A DNA stretch of 64,000 bases from Octopus vulgaris (GCA_951406725.2 OX597818.1:50840001-50904000); one strand, 5' to 3'. Counted from the first letter of the stretch, positions 1-13,777 are shown. Translations and numbers: made by a program. The notes: a model not told the origin generated them from the sequence alone.

Positions 1-228
1 TATAGAACCAAAGGCGGTCTCAGACGAGTTGGTATCAAAACATTAACAACTGTAACTGCATATGCTGAGGAAAAAAGAAGTCCACGTACAGATCCAAGAG
101 AAATCATTCGACAAGGAATAGCATTCAGATCTAGTTGAAATTACATACTGTCTTAAAAAGCGGACATATTAGATGAAGCAGACTGAGACAAAGGCCGAAT
201 GATCATGTCTGAATGGTATTCGGTCATA

Positions 229-829
229 GGACGAGCTGGCAGAATCGTTAGCACGCCGGGCGAAATGCTTAGCAGTATTTCGTCTGCCGCTGCGTTCTGA
301 GTTCAAATTCCGCCGAGGTCGACTTTGCCTTTCATCCTTTCGGGGTCGATTAAATAAGTGCCAGTTACGCACTGGGGTCGATGTAATCGACTTAATACCT
401 ATGTCTGTCCTTGTTTGTCCCCTCTGCGTTTAGCCCCTTGTGGGTAGTAAAGAAATAGAAATAGGTATTTCGTCTGCCGCTATGTTCTGAGTTCAAATTC
501 CGCTGAGGTCGACTTTGCCTTTCATCCTTTCGGGGTCTATTAAATAAGTACCAGTTACGCACTGGGGTCTATATAATCGACTTAATCCCTTTGTCTGTCC
601 TTGTTTGTCCTCTCTGTGTTTAGCCCCTTGTGGGTAGTAAAGAAATAGGTATTTCCTCTGCCGCTACGTTCTGAGTTCAAATTCTGCCGAGGTCGACTTG
701 CTCTTTCATCTTTTCGGGGTCGATTAAATAAGTACCAGTTACGCACTGAGGTCGATATAATCGACTTAATCCCTTTGTCTATCCCTGTTTGTCCCCTGTG
801 TTTAGCCCCTTGTGGGTAGTAAAGAAATG
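229..829 (+). mobile_element. tRNA-derived SINE family A, head plus three tandem body units
   Basis: A-box-like GAGCTGGCAGAATCG, B-box GAGTTCAAATTCC, central CCTTTCATCCTTTCGGGGTCGAT repeated three times; 14-bp TSD GGTATTCGGTCATA at 215-228 and 830-843. Confidence 0.85.
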
Positions 830-1699
830 GGTATTCGGTCATAAACAGCAAACAATAATGGTCCTAATCAAAATATATTCAAGTTGGGATCATCCGATTA
901 TTTTTTAAAGATTGTTTACTCTTGACTATATTATCTAATATATTCCGTTTTTTAACACGGTTGATTTTAGCTTGAAGGATATTTGACTGCTATATCTAAC
1001 AGAATTAATTAACTGCGTATAAATTCCATTGGTGATTTATCACAATCACACAGAAACGTATCATTTTACACAAGGTAATTAGCAACATGATCGTAATAGC
1101 TGTATACAACACTGCAATATGAAATGCAGACGTTATGTACTTATTTACATAAGTGCATTATATACAGGTTGTGAGGATCATTTCAGGACACTTAATTATG
1201 AGGATATTACTTTCTTCATACCAATTAAAAGGGTGTTTTTTTTTATTTCTTTAATATCGTGGCAAATGAAATGCTAACATAGGGAATGAAAAATGCATAC
1301 ATTATATAGAGAACACGGTGATTTAGAAATTGCCTGTTTTCTAAATGTTGCAAAATGCTTTATACACAAATTTAGGATTGAATTGGAAGCCTTTGACGGA
1401 AACATTTTATGTCGCACGTTCGGATGCCTTCTATGCAAATCTACTCTGCGCTGCTCTGCTCTGCTCCGCTCTGCTCCCACTACTCTTTTGCTTGGTTCTA
1501 CTCTACGACTGCTACTCTCTCTATATCTACGTATTGGGCTAGTAGTCTACTTCATCGTCTGGAGGCGTCTACACAACACATTCCGATTGTTTTACAGAGA
1601 TAATAAATATTTTACGTATTCGGAGACTATAACGACATCACGATTCATCCAATGCAATTCATTTAAAATATTATATATAATGATGACACTGAAAATTAA

Positions 1700-2950
1700 C
1701 GGGGACCATCACTGAAGAACTTCAAATATCGGAGTTTTATATCATGAGAACAAGTCAGATGTACTGAGGAGAGGCCGATCCATTTCTGCAAAACCATTCC
1801 TTGAAAAGGTTAAAAATCCTCACGAACATGATATGCTATGGTTCTTCTCTGATGAAATCAAAGGTCTGACAGGAGAAATGACAAATGGTTGTGTGCAGAT
1901 CGTTCTGTTTCCAGAACGATACACACCAAATTTCTGGCAATTCTAATGGTTTTAGGGGTGGTGAGTAACGGGGATCATGTCATACCACCACACATCTTTC
2001 AGCAGAATCTTAGAATTAACGCTGCTGGAAGCTTTGAGATGTACGCAGAGAAAGGCATTGCGCATGTCAACAAAACTCAGCAGCTTCTCACAAAGCCCGC
2101 GTAACCCAAGAATGGATGTCAGACATTATTTTTATGATTATGTAGCATTAAACGTGGGTCCTCGAAATTCACTAGATTTAAGTCCCATGCAAATTATGTT
2201 TTGGAGTATCGTTGAAAGGAAGAGAAATCGCTAGAATTAATAAGGACCATTTAGTGCAGGCATGTCAACGATTTCAGTCCTGCTTGAAGCAGTCTTCTTC
2301 TTCTTCTTCTTCTTCCAATCAGGACACACGCCATTAGCCACGAAGAATAATCTCTAATTCGAGCCTACTCTAAGCTACTAAGAATGCGCGTGGCAACTTG
2401 AAGATCCACCCACCACACGCGATAGGCTGGTGGTTGTCCGGGCGCGAAGGCTACGCTGGTATCCCCATTCCGTTAAAGGTGGCTTTTAACGGGTGGAGAG
2501 CTGAACCATCCTGGGGTACAAAGGATTCGCAATCTAGATTAGGGTCTGAAAGTTTTACCACACCATAGTGGGTTACACCATGGTTCCTCTGCTTTGTGTC
2601 AGAATTAGGAAGAAAGAGTGAGAGAAAGTTATGGTGAAAGAGTACAGCGGGGTTCAGCCTTCCCCCCTCCACCGGAAACTCGTGGAGATTAGGTGCTTTT
2701 GCTCAATAAACACTTAAAATGCCCGGTCTGGGAATCGAAACCGCGTTCTTACGACCGCGAGTCCACTGCCCTAACCATTGGGCCATTGCGCCTCCACTGA
2801 AGGAGTCGTCGAAACCGAAGGCGGATTCCTATCATAGTCTTAGATGAAAGCTTATCGACAGCATATGCAAAAATTTTTATTAAAGTACATCTGGTTTTGA
2901 CTAGATTAATTGAATTACTCAATATGATCGAATATCTCTCTCCTACCCTG
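1700..2950 (+). pseudogene. Decayed Tc1/mariner-superfamily (maT/DD37D-like) transposase remnant, interrupted by a SINE
   Basis: Frameshifted motifs WFFSDE (~1839), LMVLGVVSNGDHVIPPHIF, PRNSLDLSPM..FWSIVERK; ends ACCCTG|TA at 2950, the same terminus as the element at 42440. Confidence 0.7.
2291..2797 (-). mobile_element. SINE family C (tRNA-Arg-like head) with a distinct 3' module ending in (GAA)n
   Basis: Reverse complement starts GTGGAGGCGCAATGGCCCAATGGTTAGGGCAG; flanked by TGAAGCAGTC / TGAAGGAGTC (TSD with one mismatch). Confidence 0.8.
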
Positions 2951-2967
2951 TATATTATATATATATA

Positions 2968-3049
<82 letters not shown>
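2951..3049. repeat. (TA)n microsatellite
   Basis: Direct reading. Confidence 0.95.
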
Positions 3050-3050
<1 letters not shown>

Positions 3051-4281
3051 TGATAATGTTTCGAATGATTAACCAAGAAACTAAGAGGTCACTGCCAGAG
3101 AAGCAGCGTATATAAAACCGAATTGCTTGATTACAGTTATTGTTCAATTTAGAACAATCGTGTGCTGCTTCATTAATCTAGTCATTATGTCTCAATCATT
3201 ATGTTAGAAGCAAATATATGCAAACATCTCTTCTCTTTAACACATCATATTTATTATGTGCGACTATTAATAATTCGATCTAAACGACTAGCTTGTGTTA
3301 ATGTTGTCAACGAGATTATGCATTGGGGACAACGACTTACAGGATTTGAATATTATTACCCTAGTTTTAGAAATTAAGATTCTGAGTTCTTATCTGTTCT
3401 GGAGATAGGTACACATCCAGGGGTAAGACATGTGATGGCTATCGTAGATCAAGTCGATAACGATATAATGTACAAACAAATATTGTTAATCAGATATTCA
3501 ATCTCTGAACGTAAGGTTAATAGCTCTAACCATATTAATCTTGTTAGTGATGTCCATATCTTCTTCTTCATAATGTCCAAGATATCTTATTTCAGTATCC
3601 AAGATATATTTCAGTAGGTTCCTGATTATCGAACTCGAAGCTTATCAATATTATTATCTATAAATCTTACGTCTCTCATCTAATTTTTTCTTTACGAAAA
3701 CACACACACACACACACTTACAAACATGCACAAACACATACATACGTGTGTGGATGTGTATGAGTGTGCATGCATGTATGTATTTCACAGGCTAATGTAT
3801 TCTTCGGTGGAAATAATTGCAAACATATTTACGAGATTTTCGGTTGTATACTGCAAAACGAGCATTGTCAGATCTATTCGATTTTGCCTGAAGTTTATTC
3901 TTTAACCAATTCTGACACAACAGAAAGAATAAAATATTCATACTTCTCATCATTTATATAGAGTATGGCAATATTACAACTGATATGCATGAACAATGTA
4001 TGAAAGTAATAACAATATTGATTATTTGTGTGTAGGCGCAATAATAATTTTTATGGAGAGCATCTATTGATCCAGTATTCATTTCGGGTTTATTTTATAA
4101 GTTCTGAAGAGATAAATGTTAATATCACATCTCATAAGGAATTTAAAGTCGGCGAAGATAAAATAAAATCCTACATGCGGAAATCAACGAAATTGAAACC
4201 CCATACCCTTTGCCTGTCCTGTGTATCACATGTGATGTACAGGACAAATTTACTTGGCACCCACGCATCATAAATTATATA

Positions 4282-4388
4282 CGAGGAGTGTATGAAAAGT
4301 TCTGAGCCTTGAATTCTTGTACCTTCATCAGAAGTCTTGTACCATGATTTCTGTATTTTAAGGCTCAAAACTTTTCATACATCCCTCG
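4282..4388. mobile_element. Mariner-type MITE, about 107 bp
   Basis: TIRs CGAGGAGTGTATGAAAAGTTCTGAGCCTT / AAGGCTCAAAACTTTTCATACATCCCTCG, TA on both sides. Confidence 0.75.
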
Positions 4389-4976
4389 TACATTCCCAAT
4401 TTATTCAAGCACCAGACTAACTTGGGATTTATGAAAAATAATTTTATATTACTCAGAACGTATAAAACAAGGGTTAATTAAATATCTGAAAAGACAAAGG
4501 GTTAACACCCTAGGAAAAAGTAGTGGTATTAAACATTTGTATAAGTGTAATAGATGGAAGAACCTGTAGAGCAACGAGCAAAATTTCTTGTGGCATTGAT
4601 GTCCCTTTATATTCAGAGCTTAAATCCCGTCAAGTTGAACTTGGCCTTTAATATTTCTGGAGGTCGATAAAATAAAACATCAGTCAAGTATTGGAGTCGA
4701 TTCTCCAGGATTGATTCTACCATCCCTCAAAATGTGTTACCTAGTGACTAGTAATTAGGGGTTTCAAATGTTGGCTCAAGGCCAGCAGTTTTAGTTAGGC
4801 GGGGATTACTCGATTATATTAACTCCAGTGTTCGACTTATTTTATCGGCCACGAAAAGATGAAAGGATGAAATATTGACTTCAGAACACAAGAAAAGTAC
4901 ATTGTCCGACATGCTAACGATTCTTGCCACTGGCTGCCTTAGCTGAATTGGTAATTAATATTAAACATTATGTTAA

Positions 4977-5580
4977 GGCGGCGAGCTGGCAGAAACGTTA
5001 GCACGCCGGGCGAAATGCGTAGCCGTATTTCGTCTGCCGTTATGTTCTGAGTTCAAATTCCGCCGAGGTCGACTTTGCCTTTCACCCTTTCGGGGTAGGT
5101 AAATTAAGTACCAGTTATGCACTGGGGTCGGTATAATCGACTTAATCCGTTTGTCTGACCTTGTTTGTCCCCTCTGTGTTTAGCCCCCTGTGGGTAGTAA
5201 AAAATAGGTATTTCGTCTGTCTTTATGTTCTGAGTTCAAATTCCGCCGAGGTCGACATTGCCTTTCATTCTTTCGGGGTCGATTAAATGAGTACCAGTTA
5301 CGCACTGGGGTCGATATAATCGACTTAATCCGTTTGTCTGTCCTTGTTTCTCTCCTCTATGTTTAGCCCCTTGTGGGCAATAAAAAAGAATAAGAATCGT
5401 AAGCACGCCGGGTAAAATTCTTATTCCGTCTTTACATTCTGAGTTCAAATGCCGCCGGGGTCGACTTTGTCTTTCATCCTTTCGGGGCCGATAGAATAAG
5501 TACCAGTTGAACACTGAGATCGATGTAATCGACTTACCCTCAGCCCGAAAATGCTGGCCTTGTGCCAAATTTTGAAAACT
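4977..5580 (+). mobile_element. SINE family A multimer (three units)
   Basis: GGCGGCGAGCTGGCAGAAACGTTAGCACGCCGGGCG head; body repeated after AAATA|GGTATTTCGTCTG and AATAAG|AATCG junctions. Confidence 0.85.
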
Positions 5581-5644
5581 TACTTTGTGCCTAAATCAGA
5601 AGCCATTTTCAGCTCTATCTCTCCTGTCATTATTTCTTCTTCAG

Positions 5645-5970
5645 ACATGACTGCGTGGTTAGGAGGGTTGCTTTGCCGCCACGTAGTTTCGGGTTCAATT
5701 ACATTGTATAGCACCTTGGGCAAAGTGTCTTCTACGATAGCCAAGTCGACCTATGCCTGTGTTTTTATGTCTGTGTTTATCCTCACCACCAACACTTGGT
5801 AATCGGTGTTTGTTAGTTTATGTCTCGGACTGTTAGCGGTTCGGAAAAAGAGATCGATAGAATAAGTCACAAACTTAAAACATAAATAGCGGAGTCGATT
5901 TGTTCGACTAAAACCCATCAAGGTAGTGTCCCAACATGGCCAGTCCAAATACGTAACAAATAAGTAACAA
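5645..5970 (+). mobile_element. Degenerate SINE family B
   Basis: CACCTTGGGCAAAGTGTCTTCTAC and GATAGAATAAGT motifs shared with intact copies. Confidence 0.6.
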
Positions 5971-7276
5971 TAAACGATATTTAAATTAGAAAAATAAAGA
6001 AAACCATAGGAAGAATTATTTCTTCTTCAATTTCCCACCGAGGTCAACTTTGCCGTTCATCTTTTCGTAGTCGATAAAATAAAATATAAACCAAGAACTA
6101 GAACGAGGATTTCGACTTACCTTATTCCCCTTAAAATTGCTAACCTTGTACCTAAATCAGAAGCCGTTATTTCTTCTTCTTCTTCTATTCTAAAGTGTAA
6201 GATTGTCTTGAAACTATGCACCTTAATTTCTAATTAATATTCTATAACTTCTCTTAAGACGTCGAGCAGACACAATCGTAAGCTCACTGGGCGAAACGCT
6301 TAGCTGCATTCCGTCCGTCTTTACGCTCTGAGATCAAATTCCGCTGAGATCGACTTTGCCTTTTATCCTTCTGCGGTCGATAAAATATATACCAGTTGAT
6401 CACTCGAGTCGATGTAATCGCCTCACCTTCTACAAATCAATATATTATGATTTATTTACAGAATATTTAAAATGTGTCATTTCTCACCTCCTAAAGATAA
6501 TTTCAAAACCTGTTTAAAAATTCATATTAGCCATACTTTCTAATAAACCTTTTAAAATCCCTTATTAAATATTTACTTTAGGCGATAAGCACAATTCAAA
6601 TAATTGATCAAACGACAACAATTCTCTACAGACTGCTTAATATATTCTAGTCTTTACCGATCTCCCACCTACCATTTAATTTTCTGTTTAAGCGTTTTAC
6701 ACTTCAGTTTACACAACATAAATTCAAATACAAATAATTGCATTCCTGATTCTAGGTCAACATTAAATTAATTAATTGGTTTGGTCTCATCGCATTTGTT
6801 TCTGTAAATGATCTAAACTGACTGAAAGATACTGATTTCATATGATTCAGTTCTGTGGTGTACATTATATGGGAGAGGAAATAGGCACACATGTTGGTCG
6901 ATTAAAACAAATTTGCTATTATATTCACATCTTAATATTCCTGATTAATATTTAATGGTATTAAAGTCTTTCATTGTGTATCTATGATTTATTCATACTC
7001 TGGCATTGTGTGTTTTGTTAATCTTGTTATTATCCGACCTCTCCAGACAAAATTTAATACGTCTTATATGAATATGAAATGATGTACCGTAAGTCGCTGT
7101 AAATCTTTTGTTTAAGAAACCAATTTAGATAACAAGATCGTATAAGCCAATATTTCAACAAAAATAAAAATCGACAGAAAAAATTTATACAAAGAAGTGA
7201 CAATTCATTTTAATTCACATTCAATACAGTAATAACTTCGAAATTTTACTTGTTTAGTAATTCTCTTGAACTGAGA

Positions 7277-7292
7277 AATAATAATAATAATG

Positions 7293-7341
<49 letters not shown>
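7277..7341. repeat. (AAT)n microsatellite
   Basis: Direct reading. Confidence 0.95.
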
Positions 7342-7361
<20 letters not shown>

Positions 7362-7873
7362 GGGTCTTGTGGCTTCTGATCTTAACTGATTGGAAGTGTT
7401 ATCATGTACATTACTTTGTCTTGGTATAAAAGATGGGCTACAGCAAATATTCTGCTCAATACCACAGATTTGCTTGTCAGTTGTTTGACCATAACCAGTT
7501 GAGCATGTCCCTTAGTGGCTGGCGATATGTGCATCTCTGATCACGAGCAGAAGTAGTGGGGGAGCATCATAGTCGTGTGATGAAAGAAATTCTTGGGGCT
7601 TGGATAATTCACCTTTGGAAACATGGGTGTTTCGTTCAACATCCTTAAACAAACCTTATTCAGAGACCATTTGAGCTGGAAGAAAATTCTAACTGGGTTC
7701 GACCTGAAAGGTCATGCGATGTTTATCGTGACATGAGATCACCATGTCGCGCACATATGGTTATGATGCGTGTGCCTGGTGTATCCTTATCAGACAAGTA
7801 GTCATGATGGGTATGCTGGGCTTCGTATATTTTACCCCAGTGTCACTTTGATGGCATGCACTGCTCTTTCACT
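7342..7873. mobile_element. Probable interspersed repeat, possibly the 3' portion of a microsatellite-targeting non-LTR element
   Basis: Higher-complexity block sharply bounded by (AAT)n and (GAA)/(AAC) tracts; no second copy in the window, so the assignment is inference. Confidence 0.35.
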
Positions 7874-7942
7874 AAGAAGAAGAAGGAGAAGAAGAAGAAG
7901 AAGAAGAGGAAGAAGAACACCACCAATAACAACAACAACAAC

Positions 7943-7978
<36 letters not shown>

Positions 7979-8017
7979 AACCATAACAACAACTGCAAAA
8001 ACGACAACGACAACAAC

Positions 8018-9576
8018 ATGGACTTTAAATTCTTCAGGAAAACCGAACGTGAAATAAACGCCCTGATCTCAGCAGTGCAGATATTCAGTAAAGGTATTGG
8101 GATGGATTTGGGGACTAAAAAGTTTGGTTTACTTATAATACACAGAGGCAAGGTAGTAGCGCCCGATGATGTAGAACTACCTGACGGTGAGAAAATCAAG
8201 GATGTTGAGACTGATGGATATAAATATCTGGATATTTTGGAGTATTTTGGAGTATGACAAAATGAAGGAGAATTAGATGAAGGAAAGCTTTAGGCGGGAA
8301 TATCTCAGAAGAACCAAATTGATTATGACAAGTAGACTCAATGGGAAGAACAAGATCAGGGCAATGAACACATGGGTTGTTTCCTAAATGGACGAACGAG
8401 CTAGAGAAAATGGAGAGAAAAACCAGAAAAGCGATATTGATAGATTTATGTGCCTAGGAAGAAGTCAGAAGAGACCTCAAATGATGCAATGTCTGTGTTG
8501 CCAACGAGAATAACCGTCTGGGATGGTACATCAAACAGCAGATTGAAGCCTTACTTGCCACTGTAAGAAATAATAATATGATACCTTCCAAAAATGGCAC
8601 GCACCCAAAAACAATTAAGAAACAAGATGAAGAACAAAGAATAAACAATTGGAAAATGAAAGCAATACATGGGCAATACCTCAGAGAAGTCGAAGAGAAA
8701 AACAAAACAAACACCAGGAGATGGCTAAGAAAAAGTGACCTGAAAAGATACACTTGAGCACTGAATTGCAGCGCCCAGGAACAAGCTCTGAGAACTAATT
8801 ACACCAAGTTCCAAATAGATAAGAGCAGTGGATTGCCCCTTTGTAGGATGTGCGGTAGCAAAATTGAAACAATCTGACATATTGTGAGTGAGTGTAGCAA
8901 GCTGATGGCCCAAATGCACAAGAAAAGGAGGTACGATAATGTAGATAAGTTTATTCACTAGAGGCTGTGTGAAAAGTACGGCCTAGGTACAGCATGGAAA
9001 TGGTATAAACAAGAACCAGAGGGCTTCACTGAGAACAATGAATATATGATTCTGTTGGAATCTACAATCCAATGTGACTCCCTAATCCAGTGGTTTTCAA
9101 CCAGGGTTCTGCGGAACCTTAGGGTTCCGCCAGTACAGTCCAGGAGTTCCGCAAGAAGTTACCAAAACTGCTAAAATCGGCAGTAATTTTTAAGTCTCCT
9201 GTGCAGATATGTGTGCATAAGACTATTAAATTATTGCATAAGGGTTCCTCGAGCCAGTGGAATGCTATCTTGGGGTTCCGCTCCAGCAAAAAGTTTGAAA
9301 AGCACTGCCCTAATCGATGCTCGGAGACCATTGTTGTGGTAGATAAAGGAAAAAATAAAACCAGGATTATAGATATTGGTGTGGCAGTATCTATTGAGGA
9401 CAGCTAGGATTTTGCGATTGGTGCTTGGGTTTTGAGTGTCTTCCACGATAAGTTAACATCCAGCTACCAAAGCTTATAATTTGCAGAAAGATACCCTATG
9501 AGACCTCTGATAACTGGTTGATGTCTGCTTTCACAGAATCAACAAGAGCAAATATGACCAAGAGCTCTGGAAAATC

Positions 9577-9577
<1 letters not shown>
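8018..9577 (+). pseudogene. Decayed RLE-type non-LTR retrotransposon (R4/Dong-like): RT C-terminus, CCHC knuckle, restriction-like endonuclease
   Basis: MDFKFF..TEREINALISAVQIFSKGIGM..GTKK...YKYLDILEY; CRMCGSKIETI*HIVSEC; RRYDNV..FIH; IVVVDKGKNKTRIID; many stops and frameshifts; ends in (AAT)n at 9578. Confidence 0.85.
9088..9307. mobile_element. hAT-type MITE inserted in the LINE remnant
   Basis: CAGTGGTTTTCAA...TTTGAAAAGCACTG termini; perfect 8-bp TSD CCCTAATC (9080-9087, 9308-9315); internal GGGTTCC/GGAACC subterminal motifs. Confidence 0.9.

Positions 9578-9656
<79 letters not shown>
9578..9656. repeat. (AAT)n microsatellite at the LINE 3' end
   Basis: Direct reading. Confidence 0.95.
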
Positions 9657-10563
9657 TCGTAGTTATATTTTAACCATTTTAAAATACACAAAAACTGCTA
9701 TTTATACTTTTGTATGGTTTCTCATAAGTAGAGTCTACTCTGAAATATCCAAATGTTCCAAGGTATTCCTTCAACCCAGTCACTGACATAATTCCATTGC
9801 TGTTGTTGAAAATCTGTTACTCCCAAAGATTTATCTGCTTTTGGTCCTTTCCTGTTTTTCCTTTCAAATACTTGCCTGTATTTTGCAATCAAAAAGCAAA
9901 AATAAAAGGGGAAAATGAAAGTGCGAACTATCAAGTCGATCATCATAATCGAGAACATAAATGTATATACGCAGCAGAAACCGTTCGTTCACTTGTAGGG
10001 ATATTGTCATTGATAACGTCATGAAGTGTTAAAACAAACTTTCGTACTCCTCACACGAAGTCGTTAGAGCTAATGACTCATTACTGGCTCATCTATCACC
10101 ATTGATTTCCTACTTAACCACAAAACCAATTTCTTTAGAGTGATAATTAAAGTCAATTGAGTTGACCTAATGTTAACGAATTCGAAGGGATATGTACTCA
10201 AAATGGATCCTGGCTGGATTTGAATTAATAACCAAAAGTAATGAGACGCAACTCATTATATACAACTCCCTAATGTCTCACCCGTTATTCTTGTCTTTGA
10301 AATAAATATAATCATCGTTCGTTTAGTCTAAATTAAAGATCAATATTTGTAGGGAGTGGTTTATCATCGATTGACTCAAATAAAATATACGCTTAGCATG
10401 TTTTAGTGACCTTCCCGAGATAATAACTCATATCCACAAAGATGGATTTAAAATCAATGAAATACTCTGTAAAGTGCTCAATAAATAGTTCTACCAAATA
10501 TGCCGGAAAAAAGATAGGTACAGACTATCAAAATATTCTCAATGTATTACTACTCACTTAGAC

Positions 10564-10609
<46 letters not shown>

Positions 10610-10612
10610 ATA

Positions 10613-10891
10613 TATTTCGTGTTGGGGGGCATCTTTACTTTGTTATCTCCCCTATTTTCCTTCTCGTGTGTGACCCTTCTGTCTGAGTCAGTTGCCATGA
10701 TAGATCGTTAGCCACTACACACATTTTTGTCTCTCCTTGTTTCTCTCCTTGTTTTTTCTGTGTCCCTTTCTGAAGAAGAGTGTAGGCTCGAAACGTAAAA
10801 GACTTTTCTATTCCTAAGCGTTATACTAATACATTTGTTTGTTTTGTACACCACCTGTCTTCGTCTTTTGTTTTTTTCGTAAATTCTCCCT
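10613..10891 (+). mobile_element. Penelope-like (pLTR) fragment between (TA)n tracts
   Basis: Related copies at ~42000-42125, 49606-49800 (-), 59822-59985, 60100-60315 (-); carries a minimal hammerhead. Confidence 0.65.
10766..10801 (+). ncRNA. Minimal type-I hammerhead ribozyme motif, canonical core
   Basis: CTTT-CTGAAGA-A-GAGT gtag GCTC-GAAA-CG-TA-AAAG: stem I CTTT/AAAG, stem II GAGT/GCTC (one G-U), palindromic ACGT stem III. Confidence 0.65.
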
Positions 10892-10985
10892 ATATATATA
10901 TATATATATATATGCATATATATATGTATATATATTAAAAAAAAATAGAAAATAGAAAATGCTAAATTAATTTTATTAAAAATAT

Positions 10986-11020
10986 TTCAATACCGGTTTC
11001 AGTCATTGAAACTTTTTCAT
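10986..11020 (-). ncRNA. Degenerate or truncated hammerhead-like motif
   Basis: Minus strand ATGAAAA-AGTT tcaat GACT-GAAA-CCGG-TA-TTGAA; 5' strand of stem I not evident. Confidence 0.35.
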
Positions 11021-11190
11021 CTGTAACAATTAAACAATTAAATTTAGAAAATTTAAAAGAAAAGTTTTTTAAAAAGAATATTTGTATAGTGTTCAAATAT
11101 TTTCCTTGTTTCTGCCTGTCTCTGTCTCTCTTGTTTACTCTTGTAGGTTCGAGGTTATTGTGAATATATGTATGTGTGTGTGTGTGTGTG

Positions 11191-11242
<52 letters not shown>

Positions 11243-11632
11243 TATGTATGTATAAAGTTTGTTTGTGTTGACTTATAACCCTTTCTTAGTTTGGTCAGCA
11301 AAACACCAAAAGGATGAAAGGCAAAGCCGTCCTCGGTGTAAACTGAGCTCAGAACATAAAGGTGAAATGGCTAAGCACTTTTTCCGGCATGTTAATGTTT
11401 CTGCCAGCTCGCCGCCTTATTTTATATGTTTTTTTAAAATCTATTTTACATTAAACCGAAAGATTATTCAATACATTTTGTAAAGTACATATTTATCCAC
11501 TGCTACCGAAGTGGTGACAACGACTTCGAAGTTTTGGCCAGATGGTCTTGATCGGACTGTCTGATAAAGCCTAGTAGACAGGAACTTCGAAGTCAATGTT
11601 GCTACTATTCTTGTAAAAGTAAAATAAACATA

Positions 11633-12048
11633 TAGGTGCAGGAGTGGCTGTGTGGTAAGTAGCTTGATTACCAACCACATGGGTCCGGGTTCAGTCCCAC
11701 TGCGTGGCATCTTGGGCAAGTGTCTTCTACTATAGCCTCGGGCCGACCAAAGCCTTATGAGTGGATTTGGTAGACGGAAACTGAAAGAAGCTCGTCGTAT
11801 ATATGTAAATATATAAATATGTGTGTGTGTGTATGTTTGTGTGTATGTGTTTATCCCCCTAGCATTGCTAGGGAGACAACCGATGCTGGTGTGTTTATGT
11901 CCCCGTCACTTAGCGTTTCGACAAAAGAGACCGATAGAATAAGTACTAGGCTTACAAAGAATAAGTCCCGGAGTCGCTTTGCTCGACTAAAGGCGATGCT
12001 CCAGCATGGCCGCAGTCAAATACCTGAAACAAATAAGAGTAAAGAGAA
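11633..12048 (+). mobile_element. SINE family B (tRNA head, CORE-like segment, internal TA/TG microsatellite), full length
   Basis: GCAGGAGTGGCTGTGTGGTAAG...GGGTTCAGTCCCAC..CTTGGGCAAGTGTCTT...GAAACAAATAAGAGTAAAGAG. Confidence 0.85.
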
Positions 12049-12090
12049 TAGGTGTGCGCGCGCATATACACGCATATACACGCATACACG

Positions 12091-12130
<40 letters not shown>

Positions 12131-12155
12131 TAGACGTGAACTTTGTTTAAAGTCG

Positions 12156-12678
12156 GGATGTGATGTGATGTGACCTCCTTCGGTCATGAATGACCATGGG
12201 ATTGCACCTAGAAAGTTACCCTCCAAGGAACAAGTCTGGGCAAGGTTGTTTATGGAAGACTAGCAGTCACCCATGCATACCAGCCTCACCTCTCCACACC
12301 AGTGATGTTATCCAAGGGAAAGGAAAAGCCCGATACAGCTTGGCACCATTGACGTCGCAGCTCATTTATTAACGTGCAAATGGCTGAGGACTCCACAGAC
12401 ACGTGTACCCTTAACGTAGTTCTCGAGGAGATTCAGCGTGACACAGAGTGTGACAAGGCTGGCCCTTTGAAATACAGGTACAACAGAAACAGGAAGAAAG
12501 AGTGAGAGAAAGTTGTGGTGAAAGAGTACAGCAGGGTTCACCACCACCCCCTGCCGGTGCCTCGTGGAGCTTTAGGTGTTTTCGCTCAATAAACACTCAC
12601 AATGCCCGGCCTGGGAATTGAAACCGCGATCCTACGACCGCGAGTCCGCTGCCCTAACCACTGGGCGATTGCGCCTCC
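12156..12678 (-). mobile_element. Chimeric SINE family C with two successive 3' modules and an (ACATC)n tail
   Basis: 12-bp TSD TGTTTAAAGTCG (12144-12155, 12679-12690). Confidence 0.85.
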
Positions 12679-13731
12679 TGTTTAAAGTCGATACCGCTGG
12701 TTTCCAGAAATTAATGCCAACCAAACAGTTTAGAAACTTACAAATTAATGAAACAATGTTATGCAATCTTTGCAATGGTATATTGTAGCTTGTCAAGAAA
12801 TGACGTGAATAGACAGAAATTCAATAAACTGTCCCATCAGCCCTTAGCATTGTACGAAATTGCTTTGTGAACACTCTCTTGAAATATTCAAACAGGCGGA
12901 ACTTTTAATGAATACTGCTATGTTTAATCTTTGAGATTTCAAAGTAATGACGTGTATAAATAAATTTAAGTAATTTTACAGACAAATTAGCTTTATTTTA
13001 TTTGATATGTGACGACTATCATAGAGCAGACGAGAAGACTTTTGGAAAACTTTTAGGTTGAATCTCTTCAGCTCTACTTACGTTGTAAATTCAATTGTGA
13101 AAGAGACAGATATCATAAATTTCGATGCTGTGTCTTCTCGGAGCCTTTGTAACAACAAAAGAGAAGCTAATAATTCTTTCTTCGGATAAATCTGTTTCAG
13201 AGACAGAGACATCTATCTCTTAGAGTATGTATTCACTATAAGCAAGAACAATCATAGCAATCCTTTTTAATTTTGGCGCAAGGTTAGCAATTTTGAGAAG
13301 TCGATTACATCGACTACATATTCGATTAATCCTTTTTTATCGAATACAGTATTCGCCTAATCCTTATAATTATCGACTTCAAAAATATGAAAGGTAAAGT
13401 CGACCTCAGTCGTATTTGAACGTAGAACGTAAAGAGACAGAAGAAATGGCACTAAGTATTTTTGTCCAGCGCCGTAACGATTCTGCCAGCTCTCTGCTTT
13501 AGCAGCAATGCTACTCCTGATATTGGTTTCTTATTTAGACACAAGGCCGATAATCTTGGGAGAAGGGGCTTAGACGATACCATCGAATCAGTACTTGGCT
13601 AGTACTTTATTTTGTCTAGTGCGGCGGGAGGAAAAGTAAGAGTTGACTGCAACAGAAATTGAATTCAGGATATGCACTGTCGGAAGAAATATCGCAATGC
13701 GCCTTGTTCGACGTTCTAACGATTCTGCTAG

Positions 13732-13740
13732 CTACTACTA

Positions 13741-13776
<36 letters not shown>

Positions 13777-13777
13777 T

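Noticed and set aside
1293-1715. 140-aa ORF
   Set aside because: Spans low-complexity (CTCTG)n-like sequence, no recognisable domain or splice context
1845-1880. CTGATGA as a hammerhead core (also 4103, 41599, 44690, 47908)
   Set aside because: No closing stem II with GAAA and stem I pairing found; the 1849 instance is the SDE codons of a transposase remnant
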